Positions 17,542 to 26,021 of a stretch of 34,787 nucleotides of DNA are shown here, piece by piece; position 1 is the first letter of the stretch, and every line of letters begins with the position of its first letter. Made by a program: the position numbers and the translations under genes. The notes beneath the pieces are model-generated. The model did not search any database. It was given only the letters and a program-made list of their open reading frames with translations, and was not told the DNA's origin. The stretch covers positions 1-34,787 of the forward strand of contig JBGQMY010000010.1 in assembly GCA_041500865.1 (NCBI GenBank), written 5' to 3'. Source of the DNA: Candidatus Micrarchaeia archaeon. Lineage in GTDB: Archaea > Micrarchaeota > Micrarchaeia > Anstonellales > J096.

Positions 17542-17669
17542 AGCAGCCCGCGGCGGCTGGCATAGGCAGCAGTCATGGCATGGACGGCAGAGCAATATTT
17601 AAAAAAGCGGGCAGCGCAGGCGCTTTGCAAAAGGCAGGTATTTAAACGATTTGCGCCAATGCTGGAACC

Positions 17670-18950
17670 ATGATTGACATCGAGCTTATCAGGAAAGACG
17701 CCAGAACCGTGGCAGGCGCATTGAAGGACAGGCAGATGGACCCCGAGATGGCGGGCAACCTGAAAAAGCTGGATGACAGATGGAAGGGCATAAAGGCCGA
17801 GCTTGACGCGCTAAGGGCAGGCAAGAACCAGGCAACGTCAAAAATAAGCGACGCAAAGAAGGCGGGAAAGGACATAAAGCCCATACTGGAAGAATCCAAG
17901 AAGATAACGAAAAACATGGAAGAGCTTGAAAAAAGGGAGAAGGACGTTGCTGCGGAAAGGGAAAGGCTATGGCTCATGATGCCAAATATGCCGGACAGGA
18001 GCGTCCCAATCGGAAAGGACGAAACCGAGAACAAAGAGATTAAAAAATGGGGAAAAATAAGCAAGGAAAGCGGCGACGTTCTTGCGCACTACGACTTGGG
18101 CATAAGGGAAGGCGTGCTGGATTTTGACAGGGGAGCGAAGCTGGGCGGCCACAGGTTCACTGTCATGGGCGGCTGGGCAAACAGGCTTGAAAGGTCGCTC
18201 ATCAATTTCATGCTTGACGTGCATACAGGAAACGGCTACAGGGAGATGTGGGTCCCTTACATGGTTAAAGAGGAGATGATGGTGGGGACCGGGCAGCTCC
18301 CGAAGTTCAGGGAGGAGTTTTACACCACTGAAAACGAGGGGAGCAGCCTGTGCCTAATCCCGACTGCGGAGGTTCCGCTGGCCAACCTGCATAACGGCGA
18401 AATTTTGGAAGAGATTGAGCTGCCTAAAAAGTATGTCGCCTATAGCCCGTGCTTCAGGAAGGAGGCAGGCTCGTACGGCAAGGACATAAAGGGCATACTG
18501 AGGCAGCACCAGTTCGACAAGGTGGAGCTTGTCAAGACAACAACCCCTGAAACAAGCTGGAAGGAGCATGAGTCCATGCTCGCGGACGCCGAGAGGATAC
18601 TTCAGCTGCTTGGGCTCCCTTACAGGGTGATAACGCTTTGCACCGGCGACATGGGGTTCGCGGCCGCCAAGACGTATGACATAGAGGCATGGATTCCAAG
18701 CCAGGACAGGTACCGCGAGATAAGCTCGGTCAGCAACTGCACCGACTTCCAGAGCAGGAGGATGAAGACGAGGTTCAGGAGGAAGGGCGAGCTGCTGCTT
18801 CCGCACACGCTGAACGGCTCCGGGCTTGCGGTCGGAAGGACGCTAATAGCGGTGATGGAGAACTTCCAGGAAAAGGACGGGCTGAAGATACCGAAGGTTC
18901 TTGTTGACTACGTTGGGACTGACTTCATCCAGTTCAAGGAACATCCTTAG
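17670..18950 (+). CDS. serS: Seryl-tRNA synthetase
   Basis: N-terminal coiled coil, GTGQLPKF, PTAEVP, FRKEAG, HQFDKVE, REISSVSNC, HTLNGSGLAVGR. Confidence 0.97.
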   Translation: MIDIELIRKDARTVAGALKDRQMDPEMAGNLKKLDDRWKGIKAELDALRAGKNQATSKISDAKKAGKDIKPILEESKKITKNMEELEKREKDVAAERERLWLMMPNMPDRSVPIGKDETENKEIKKWGKISKESGDVLAHYDLGIREGVLDFDRGAKLGGHRFTVMGGWANRLERSLINFMLDVHTGNGYREMWVPYMVKEEMMVGTGQLPKFREEFYTTENEGSSLCLIPTAEVPLANLHNGEILEEIELPKKYVAYSPCFRKEAGSYGKDIKGILRQHQFDKVELVKTTTPETSWKEHESMLADAERILQLLGLPYRVITLCTGDMGFAAAKTYDIEAWIPSQDRYREISSVSNCTDFQSRRMKTRFRRKGELLLPHTLNGSGLAVGRTLIAVMENFQEKDGLKIPKVLVDYVGTDFIQFKEHP

Positions 18951-19831
18951 GTTATGAGCAGTGCGCCCATGAACATGAGCGCTATTGCGACGAACTTGGC
19001 AATCAGCGTTGAGCTGCCTATCTCCTCCTTCAGTATTTTTGGCCAGAAGAGGCTCAGCGCTATCGCTATCAGGAAGACAAAGAAGGACTGCAATGAGATA
19101 AGCGCATTTGCAAGCGTAACAAAGCCCATTGACACGGCAGAGGCAAAGATTAGCGAGGCAGATGCGTCCAAAATCTCAGCCGAAGACATGAGCGCAAAGG
19201 CCTTTGCGCCGTGTTCCCTGAAAACAAGCAATACGTCCCTGTAATTCAGATAGATTAACGGTATCAGCGGGACTATTGTGCCCATGCGCGTGTATGAGAA
19301 CACAGTCCAGAAGTCCACAATGCCCAGGAGGTATTTTGAGATTATTCCGGTCACGGCGAACGCCAGCGACGAGGCTATCATCAGCTCAAATGCCTTCCCG
19401 ACCCTGAATTCCGCCTTCTTCATGGATACCATGACTGCCCCCGCAACAAGCAGCAAAATGCCAAGGTATGTTAGCGGCGCGAATATCTCGCCCAGGAATA
19501 TGGCCGCAAGCACAAGCACGAACAGCGGTATGAGGTAGTTCATGGGCACGACGCGGGATATTTCCTCTATCTTTACAGCCTTGAAATAGAGCTGGCTTCC
19601 AAGGACCAGGAAGATGCCGGATATCATGGAAAGCCCCGCATTCATGTATGAAATGGGCATAAGGCCGTGGAAGGCGCATATCACAGCGCTTGCGAGCAGC
19701 CCGAACGATATCCAGAATATCAGCGAAACGTTGGGGTTTTTGGCAAGCTTGTCGATGATATACTTGTCAAGTATGCTGACTATCGCCCATATGACCGCAG
19801 CAAGCAATGAAAGCTCGGCCCAAAGAAGCAT
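18947..19831 (-). CDS. EamA/DMT family transporter
   Basis: About 10 TM helices in two repeats; YFKAVKIEEISRVVP, FLGE. Confidence 0.85.
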   Translation of the reverse strand: MLLWAELSLLAAVIWAIVSILDKYIIDKLAKNPNVSLIFWISFGLLASAVICAFHGLMPISYMNAGLSMISGIFLVLGSQLYFKAVKIEEISRVVPMNYLIPLFVLVLAAIFLGEIFAPLTYLGILLLVAGAVMVSMKKAEFRVGKAFELMIASSLAFAVTGIISKYLLGIVDFWTVFSYTRMGTIVPLIPLIYLNYRDVLLVFREHGAKAFALMSSAEILDASASLIFASAVSMGFVTLANALISLQSFFVFLIAIALSLFWPKILKEEIGSSTLIAKFVAIALMFMGALLIT

Positions 19832-19835
19832 TTGC

Positions 19836-20411
19836 TTACCGTCTCTCAGGGACCAGGCCTTTAAGCCTTGCCATTATCCCGTCGTGGATTTCCTCGACGT
19901 TTTTTGATGCGTCTATCCTTACCCATTCCTTTGCGTAAAAGCGGGACTTGTACATCGCTTCATAAACGGATTTTACCTCGTTCATGAACTCCAAATCCTT
20001 TTCGTACCTGTCAGGCTCCTTGTGGTTTTTCTTCCTTTCCAGGCCCTTTTCCGCGGATATGTCCATCCAGAACACGATGTCGGGAACCGGCGGGGCGATG
20101 TTTTTTACGACGTCCATTGCCGTTTTGCGGTCCATCGTGCGCGCGTACGCCACTGTTGAATATATGTACCTGTCAAGCAGCACCGGCTTTGCCTCAAACC
20201 CGGAATTGTATATGCCCTGGCAGATGTCCGCCAGATACATCAGAAAAAGCGATTTCGGGTTCAGCTGGATTTTCCCTTCAAGGAAGTCCCTTATCTGCGG
20301 CATGGTGTTGTAGTCCGGGAACCTGAGCTGGCTGATGTCCAAATCCGCAGAGAGCAGGAAGGACTGCGTGGTCTTTCCGCAGCCGTCTATGCCCTCTATG
20401 ACTATTATCAT
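19836..20411 (-). CDS. tmk: Thymidylate kinase
   Basis: IEGIDGCGKTTQ, RFP, LDRYIYSTVAY, PDIVFWMD. Confidence 0.93.
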   Translation of the reverse strand: MIIVIEGIDGCGKTTQSFLLSADLDISQLRFPDYNTMPQIRDFLEGKIQLNPKSLFLMYLADICQGIYNSGFEAKPVLLDRYIYSTVAYARTMDRKTAMDVVKNIAPPVPDIVFWMDISAEKGLERKKNHKEPDRYEKDLEFMNEVKSVYEAMYKSRFYAKEWVRIDASKNVEEIHDGIMARLKGLVPERR

Positions 20412-20418
20412 GGGCGCG

Positions 20419-20571
20419 TCACTCCTGTAGCTGCTTCCTTACCTGTTCCAGCTCCTGATGCAGCCTGAAGTTCTTCTTCAGCGGATCCCTCTTTGCCTCC
20501 TCCTCAAGCTTCTCGAGCCTGGCCTTAAGGTTTGCTTTCATCTTCAAAAGGTCCCTTTTTGTCTTTCCCAT
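20419..20571 (-). CDS. Small basic coiled-coil protein (50 aa; not in the ORF track)
   Basis: MGKTKRDLLKMKANLKARLEKLEEEAKRDPLKKNFRLHQELEQVRKQLQE; GGTG RBS; stop 7 nt before the tmk start. Confidence 0.75.
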   Translation of the reverse strand: MGKTKRDLLKMKANLKARLEKLEEEAKRDPLKKNFRLHQELEQVRKQLQE

Positions 20572-20605
20572 GTTCGCACCCAAACTGAAATGAAGGATTA
20601 AATAT

Positions 20606-21205
20606 TTAAACGATTGGATATTTCTTTTTCAATTCCGGCTTCCGGGCAAGATGGTGCGGCATGACGAAGACGGCTGCCGCTATCACCGTTGTCCATGTGT
20701 CGTCCTTGCCTATGGACGTCTGCGTGCAATTCGTGGTTTTGACGATTTTGCCGCTTATCTTGAACAGGTCCTCCTTTTCGTCCCATTCCGTCTTCGGGTT
20801 GAATTCCACGCCTAGCGTTGACGCGAGCATGGACGCCGCAAGGTCCTCGGCATAGTCCCCGGCCTTCTTTTCCGGCTCCCCGAAGGAGTGGTGCTCGCTA
20901 AGGTATCCGTAGTTGTTCCTGTCTGCAGGCAGCGCACAGCCCACGGACGCGGCCACAAGCCTGTTGGCCTCGTTTGTCGCGTTCCTTGCAAGGACGCAGA
21001 ACACTATCTCCCCTGGCCTTAGATAGACGAGGCCTTCCGCCTGCGAGACGATTCCGCAATGCGGCGGCATTATGCTTGAGACAGTGACGAGGTTGAACTG
21101 GGCTATGCCAGCGTCCCTCAGCGCCTCCTCAAAGGAGCGCAGCTGCTCAGTGTGCCTGCCCATGCCTTTCACGAAAAATACGTTCCTGGGAACAAGGTTG
21201 TCCAT
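20606..21205 (-). CDS. pdaD: Pyruvoyl-dependent arginine decarboxylase
   Basis: SFEEALRDAGIAQFNLVTVS-SIMPP self-cleavage site; YGYLSEHH. Confidence 0.92.
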   Translation of the reverse strand: MDNLVPRNVFFVKGMGRHTEQLRSFEEALRDAGIAQFNLVTVSSIMPPHCGIVSQAEGLVYLRPGEIVFCVLARNATNEANRLVAASVGCALPADRNNYGYLSEHHSFGEPEKKAGDYAEDLAASMLASTLGVEFNPKTEWDEKEDLFKISGKIVKTTNCTQTSIGKDDTWTTVIAAAVFVMPHHLARKPELKKKYPIV

Positions 21206-21249
21206 ATGCTTTAGCACCGTTATGCGATTGAAGCACAATGTTTAAAGAG

Positions 21250-22521
21250 CTAACCCCCTGCCTTGGCGGCCTGCTGCAGCGTGTCGCGGGTCAGTATCTT
21301 GCGTATTTTTTCGCTTGCTGCAAAGAACGCGTCAACGACATCGGGGTCAAACTGCTTGCCGTGCCCGTCCCGTATCAGGTCGCAGACCTTCTCAAACGGC
21401 CACCCATCCTTATAGGACCGGGTTGAGGAAAGCGCCTCTGCGACGTCAGCGACCGCCGCAATCCTTCCTGAAAGGGGTATGCTGCTGCCTGATATGCCAT
21501 TGGGATAGCCCGTGCCGTCCCATTTCTCGTGGTGGGTAAGGGCAATCTCGGCAGGTATCGTGTTGAACGGCGCCTCGATGCACGAGAAATACGCATGCCC
21601 TATCTGCGGATGCATCTTGACTGTCTTGTATTCCTCTTTCGTGAGCCTGCCGGGCTTCTGCAGTATGGCTGCCGGAATGCCTATCTTGCCTATGTCGTGG
21701 AGCGTAAGCCCGTGCGCAAACGGCTCCCTGAGGCGCAGGTCCGTGTAAAGCGGCACGCCCATCTGCATCGCGAGTTCCATGCCGATGTCCGTCACGCGCT
21801 GGGCATGGGCGCCTGTTTCGCCAGGGTCAAACGTCGTTGCCACCTTTATCATGTTCAGGGTATGGCTCCTTGCCGTAAGCGCCTTGTCCAGCGCGCCGCC
21901 GGCGTGCCTCGCCATTATCTCTATGCAAAGCCTGTCCTCATGCGAAAACGGCACAACCTCCCTGCCCGCTTTCTTGTTTATGAGCTGTATCACGCCCACA
22001 AAATCCCCGACATATCCGAAAAGCGGCGCGACAAGCATTGAAACGGAACGGTATCCCGAAGACCTGTCAAAGTCGCTATTGAAGAAAGGGGGCCCCTTGA
22101 GCTCATAGGCATCCCGGATGCAGAGCACGTTCTTGGTGTCTGCGACATACCCCGCGATGGACGAGCGGTCGACAGGAATGACCTTGTTGGAATAATTATA
22201 ATTGAAGTCGTTAATCCCAAGCTCCCTGTTCTTTATGTATCCGAAGCGCAGTATCCGGCCCATCTCCTTATGGTTCTCGTATACGTAAATCGTCCCTGCG
22301 TCAGCGCTGAAGAACGCCATTGCGCCCGAAAGCTCCCTGTCAAGCACGTAATTCAGGTCTGTTACGGTCGTGTGCCTGGCATGCTTGTACAACGACACAA
22401 GCCTGTCAAGCGCCCTTGCCTTCCTTGACGTGATGTCGCTCCCTGCATCCAGTATGTCCGCGCGGGTGCTGTATGGGCCCTGCTTTCTTTCTGCGCCGCG
22501 ATGCTGTTTTTCTATTGACAT
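21250..22521 (-). CDS. GAF + HD-GYP domain phosphodiesterase
   Basis: GAF (SIAGYVA, FNSDFDRSSGYRSVSMLVAPL, GVIQLINK); ETGAH, LHDIGK, HHEKWDGTGYP, VADVAEAL. Confidence 0.92.
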   Translation of the reverse strand: MSIEKQHRGAERKQGPYSTRADILDAGSDITSRKARALDRLVSLYKHARHTTVTDLNYVLDRELSGAMAFFSADAGTIYVYENHKEMGRILRFGYIKNRELGINDFNYNYSNKVIPVDRSSIAGYVADTKNVLCIRDAYELKGPPFFNSDFDRSSGYRSVSMLVAPLFGYVGDFVGVIQLINKKAGREVVPFSHEDRLCIEIMARHAGGALDKALTARSHTLNMIKVATTFDPGETGAHAQRVTDIGMELAMQMGVPLYTDLRLREPFAHGLTLHDIGKIGIPAAILQKPGRLTKEEYKTVKMHPQIGHAYFSCIEAPFNTIPAEIALTHHEKWDGTGYPNGISGSSIPLSGRIAAVADVAEALSSTRSYKDGWPFEKVCDLIRDGHGKQFDPDVVDAFFAASEKIRKILTRDTLQQAAKAGG

Positions 22522-22633
22522 AAATGTATATTTATTGCAACAAAACAGTTTTTAAATGGCGCTGGGCCCCGTCTGCACGGCTTAGGATAGCTTCCGACGG
22601 TGCACCCATATCCCCATTATGGGCAAAGGAGTT

Positions 22634-22800
22634 AAAAATAGCGCAGCAGCGCCACCAGAAGGAAGGTTGAGCGTCAAGGGAACCTTGGTTCCCTTACGAA
22701 AAATAGCGCAGCAGCGCCACCAGAAGGGAGGTTGAGCGTCAAGTCGTTTTTCGCTGAAGCCTTTTCCTAAAAGGCTTCAGGGGGCCTTGGTTCCCTTACG
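22634..22800. repeat. 65-bp tandem duplication; copy 2 carries a 37-bp palindromic insertion
   Basis: Copy 1 22634-22698, copy 2 22699-22800 with insert 22744-22780; the unit contains the AAGGGAACC-TT-GGTTCCCTT palindrome. Confidence 0.9.
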
Positions 22801-22805
22801 AAATG

Positions 22806-23414
22806 CTATTGGACGCACGCCCTGAATGAAGCAAGAAACGCCATTGCGTTTTTCTTTCCCACAGTGTCGGCAAGCCATTCCATTGATTTAAGGAGCTGCG
22901 CGGTCTGGAGCTTCCCGAAGTTATAGGCGCTGTCGTAGGCCTTATTGCCTATGTTGTTTTTAGCGTTCACGTCAGCGCCGTTTTGTATCAGCAGGATGCA
23001 GGTTCGGGTGTGCCCCCCGTGCGCGGCGAAGTGAAGCGCCGTCCAGCTGTCGCTGTCCTTTTTGGAGGGGTTGGCCTTGCGGGACAGCAGGAGCCTGCAA
23101 ACGTCATAATGACCTTCTGCGGCGGCTGCCATCAACGGCATCCTTCCGAACGTGCCGGCGTTATCTGGGGATGCGCCAAGCTTGAGAAGCAGCCGGCAGA
23201 TGCGCAGCTGGCCGTCGTTGGCGGCAGCATACATGGCAGTGTTGCCGCTTAACCCCATGAAGGCATTGACGCTTGCGCCATGCCTTATTGATGATTTTAC
23301 GCGGGGCATGTCCCCCGAGCACACGCCCTCTATCAGCATGCTGTCGTACCCTGAGGCAGAGCCTGAGGCAGGGCGCCTGGACCTTGAAATGGCTGATTTC
23401 CTGAAGAGCCGCAT
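22806..23414 (-). CDS. Ankyrin repeat protein with FxxxFxxC tail (ank6)
   Basis: GNTAMYAAANDG, MPLMAAAAEGH, WTALHFAAHGGH; ends FLASFRACVQ. Confidence 0.9.
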   Translation of the reverse strand: MRLFRKSAISRSRRPASGSASGYDSMLIEGVCSGDMPRVKSSIRHGASVNAFMGLSGNTAMYAAANDGQLRICRLLLKLGASPDNAGTFGRMPLMAAAAEGHYDVCRLLLSRKANPSKKDSDSWTALHFAAHGGHTRTCILLIQNGADVNAKNNIGNKAYDSAYNFGKLQTAQLLKSMEWLADTVGKKNAMAFLASFRACVQ

Positions 23415-23488
23415 ATGCCCATTTTTATGGAAGTAAGAGTTTATAATATTGGCGCCCAAAAGTCAGGGGAAATCAGGAAAAAGCCCCT

Positions 23489-23533
23489 TTCTTTTTCCCC
23501 AAGTGCTTTTTCTTTCGCAAAGAAAAAGGACTT
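23489..23533. repeat. ~45-bp hairpin repeat directly 3' of tRNA-His (copy 1)
   Basis: TTCTTTTTCCCCAAGTGCTTTTTCTTTCGCAAAGAAAAAGGACTT; near-identical to 27977-28020. Confidence 0.85.
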
Positions 23534-23534
23534 T

Positions 23535-23605
23535 GGCCGGGACCGGGATTTGAACCCGGACCTAAGGCTCCACAGGCCTCCACGCTACCATTACGCTATC
23601 CCGGC
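23535..23605 (-). tRNA. tRNA-His (GTG)
   Basis: GCCGGGA/TCCCGGC acceptor stem, anticodon arm GAGGC-CTGTGGA-GCCTT, T arm CCGGG-TTCAAAT-CCCGG, discriminator C; CCA not encoded. Confidence 0.95.
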
Positions 23606-23641
23606 GACAAGCCTATTATGTGCCTCAAAACGTTTAAAACG

Positions 23642-24205
23642 CTATTGGACGATGCATTCTGCGAAAACCGAGAGGAACGACTGCAGCGCCTTTCTGCCAA
23701 TTGAGTTGCGGAATGCGACAACAGCCCTCATAGATTCAAAATTTTCGTTGTTTCCTACCGCTAAGGCGATATCGAACGCGGTGTCGCCAGATTCATCAAC
23801 TGCCTCAATGTCGGCATCGTGGGTAATCAATATAGCACACGTGCATCCGTCCGCATTCCTTGATGCGATTAATAGCGGGGTTTCGTTGAATTTGTTTTTT
23901 GCATCAACGTCAGCGCCCCTGCGGACAAGCAATCCACAGGTTTTTGCGTTTGCATTGTACGCCGCATACATGAGCGCGCTCTGGCCGTCCTCCCATGCCG
24001 CGTTCGCATCCGCGCCAGCATCCAATAGTTGCTTAATCCGGTTAGTACTGCCATTCACGGCGACCGCCGCCAGCAGCTTTTCGTCCAGCACTTGCTGGTT
24101 TTCCTTGCTTAATTTGGGGCGTGCCTCCGGAGCAGGCTTTTTTGCATCCAGCCTAAGTGCTGTGTTTGCAGGTTTGGACTCCTTTTTCGCATATTTCTGG
24201 AGCAT
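23642..24205 (-). CDS. Ankyrin repeat protein with FxxxFxxC tail (ank7)
   Basis: GQSALMYAAYN, ETPLLIASRN, GDTAFDIA; ends FLSVFAECIVQ; promoter motif at 24213-24236. Confidence 0.9.
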   Translation of the reverse strand: MLQKYAKKESKPANTALRLDAKKPAPEARPKLSKENQQVLDEKLLAAVAVNGSTNRIKQLLDAGADANAAWEDGQSALMYAAYNANAKTCGLLVRRGADVDAKNKFNETPLLIASRNADGCTCAILITHDADIEAVDESGDTAFDIALAVGNNENFESMRAVVAFRNSIGRKALQSFLSVFAECIVQ

Positions 24206-24290
24206 GTTTCAATTCGTGGGCAAAACATATTAAAAATGCCCCATTCCGGCTCTAAAAAGCATTTTTAAACCGAACGAATCAAATGGCCTC

Positions 24291-26021
24291 ATGCTCTTCA
24301 GGGAGATTTGCGAAGTGTTTCAGCAGATTGAGGGCAAGAGCGGAAGATTGGAGATAACCAGCATACTTGCCAAGATGTACAAAGGCATGGGCCCTTCCGA
24401 GGCAGAGAAGATAAGCTACCTTCTGCAGGGCAAGCTGAAAGCGGAGTATTACGGCGTTGAGTTCGGTGTGGGCGAAAAATTCGTCATAGCCGCGCTGGCC
24501 AACGCGACCGGATACACCGAAAAGGAGATAACGGCGCTATACGTCAAGAAGGGCGACATCGGCATAGCCGCATCGGAGCTTACAGGAGGAAGGAAGCAGA
24601 AGTCGCTTTCTTCAAGGGAGCTGACGCTGGAGGACATCTACAACTCATTCATGAGGATTGCGCTTGCCAGCGGCACGGGAAGCCAGACGCAGAAGATAAG
24701 GTTCCTTTCCGAGATGTTCAACAGCACGACGCCGATAGAGGCCAAGTACATAGCAAGGATAGTGCTCAACAAGCTGAGAATCAAGGTCGGCGATTCCACG
24801 ATACTGGATGCGCTGAGCTGGAGCAGCACGGGGGACAAAACGCTGAGGGAGAAGCTGGAAAGGGCGTACAACCTGTGCTCCGACCTTGGCCTGGTCGCAA
24901 AGACGTTCGTTGAAGGCCCTGATAAGATAGCAAAATTCAAGATAAGGGTCTTCATGCCGGTCAGGCCGGCATTGGCAGAGAGACTAAACAGCGCAGAGGA
25001 CATCTTCGAAAAGCTGGAGAAGTGCGCCGTAGAATACAAATACGACGGGTTCAGGATGCAGGTGCACAAGAAGGGCAAGGAGATAAGGATATACTCAAGG
25101 AAGATGGAGCCCATGGAGCACATGTTCCCCGACGTCGTTGAAAGCGTGAGGCAGCTTCCGCACAACGAGATGATTTTCGAGGGCGAGGCGCTCGCATACA
25201 ACGAAAAGGAGGACAGGTTCTACAGCTTCCAGGAGACCATGCACAGGAGGAGGAAATACGGCCTGGAGCAGGCGAGCAGGGACTGGCCCCTCCACGTCTA
25301 CGTGTTTGACATCATGTACCTTGACGGCGATGACTACACGGAAAGGAAGATGAGGGAAAGGAGGAAGGCCATAGAGGGCATATTCCCTTTCGGCAAGAAC
25401 CTCAAGCTCAGCGAATGGAGGATGGCAAAAAGCTCCGATGACATAGAGCGTACGTTCAGCGAGGCGCTTGGAAAGAGGCTGGAAGGCATAATAGCGAAGA
25501 ACCTCGAGGCCCCGTATACCGCAGGCAAGAGGGATTTCGCGTGGATAAAGCTGAAAAAAAGCTATGGCAAGGCGATAGACACGGTAGACGCGGCCATAGT
25601 CGGATACTATTTCGGCAAGGGCTCAAGGACCAAGTTCGGGTTCGGGGGCCTGCTCTGCGCCGTATACAACGAGGACAGGGACGCGTTTGAAACGATTGCC
25701 AAGGTCGGAAGCGGGTTCACCGAGGAGGAGATGGCGAACTTCAGGGAGATGCTTGGGCCCGAGAAGACAAAGGAGCCGCCGGAAAACCTCAGCCATGCCC
25801 TCAAGCCGGACGTATGGGTGGAGCCCAAGCACGTCGCGGAGATAGCGTTCGACGGCATAACAATAAGCAGCCAGCACACCTGCATGCAGAGGAACGGCAG
25901 GGGATATGCGCTCAGGTTCCCGAGGTTTGTCAAGCTCAGGGAGGACAAGGGCATATACGAGGCGTCAACGGCCCTTGAGGTCGAGAACATGTTCAAGCTG
26001 ATGAAAGGTGCGAAAAGATGA
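24291..26021 (+). CDS. lig: ATP-dependent DNA ligase
   Basis: EYKYDGFR (motif I), FEGE, VFDIM, EGIIAK, WIKLK, LRFPRF. Confidence 0.97.
   Translation: MLFREICEVFQQIEGKSGRLEITSILAKMYKGMGPSEAEKISYLLQGKLKAEYYGVEFGVGEKFVIAALANATGYTEKEITALYVKKGDIGIAASELTGGRKQKSLSSRELTLEDIYNSFMRIALASGTGSQTQKIRFLSEMFNSTTPIEAKYIARIVLNKLRIKVGDSTILDALSWSSTGDKTLREKLERAYNLCSDLGLVAKTFVEGPDKIAKFKIRVFMPVRPALAERLNSAEDIFEKLEKCAVEYKYDGFRMQVHKKGKEIRIYSRKMEPMEHMFPDVVESVRQLPHNEMIFEGEALAYNEKEDRFYSFQETMHRRRKYGLEQASRDWPLHVYVFDIMYLDGDDYTERKMRERRKAIEGIFPFGKNLKLSEWRMAKSSDDIERTFSEALGKRLEGIIAKNLEAPYTAGKRDFAWIKLKKSYGKAIDTVDAAIVGYYFGKGSRTKFGFGGLLCAVYNEDRDAFETIAKVGSGFTEEEMANFREMLGPEKTKEPPENLSHALKPDVWVEPKHVAEIAFDGITISSQHTCMQRNGRGYALRFPRFVKLREDKGIYEASTALEVENMFKLMKGAKR

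Noticed and set aside
16725..17630. 301-aa minus-strand ORF
   Set aside because: Antisense to the well-formed kinase gene; no motifs.
22634..22800. Possible CRISPR mini-array (repeat plus 37-bp 'spacer')
   Set aside because: Only two 65-bp units, the insert is itself a repeated palindrome inside the unit, and there are no cas genes.
21250..23605. tRNA-His-integrated island or provirus
   Set aside because: No integrase and no duplicated tRNA 3' end (att) found.
23415..24233. 272-aa plus-strand ORF
   Set aside because: Runs across tRNA-His and antisense to ank7.
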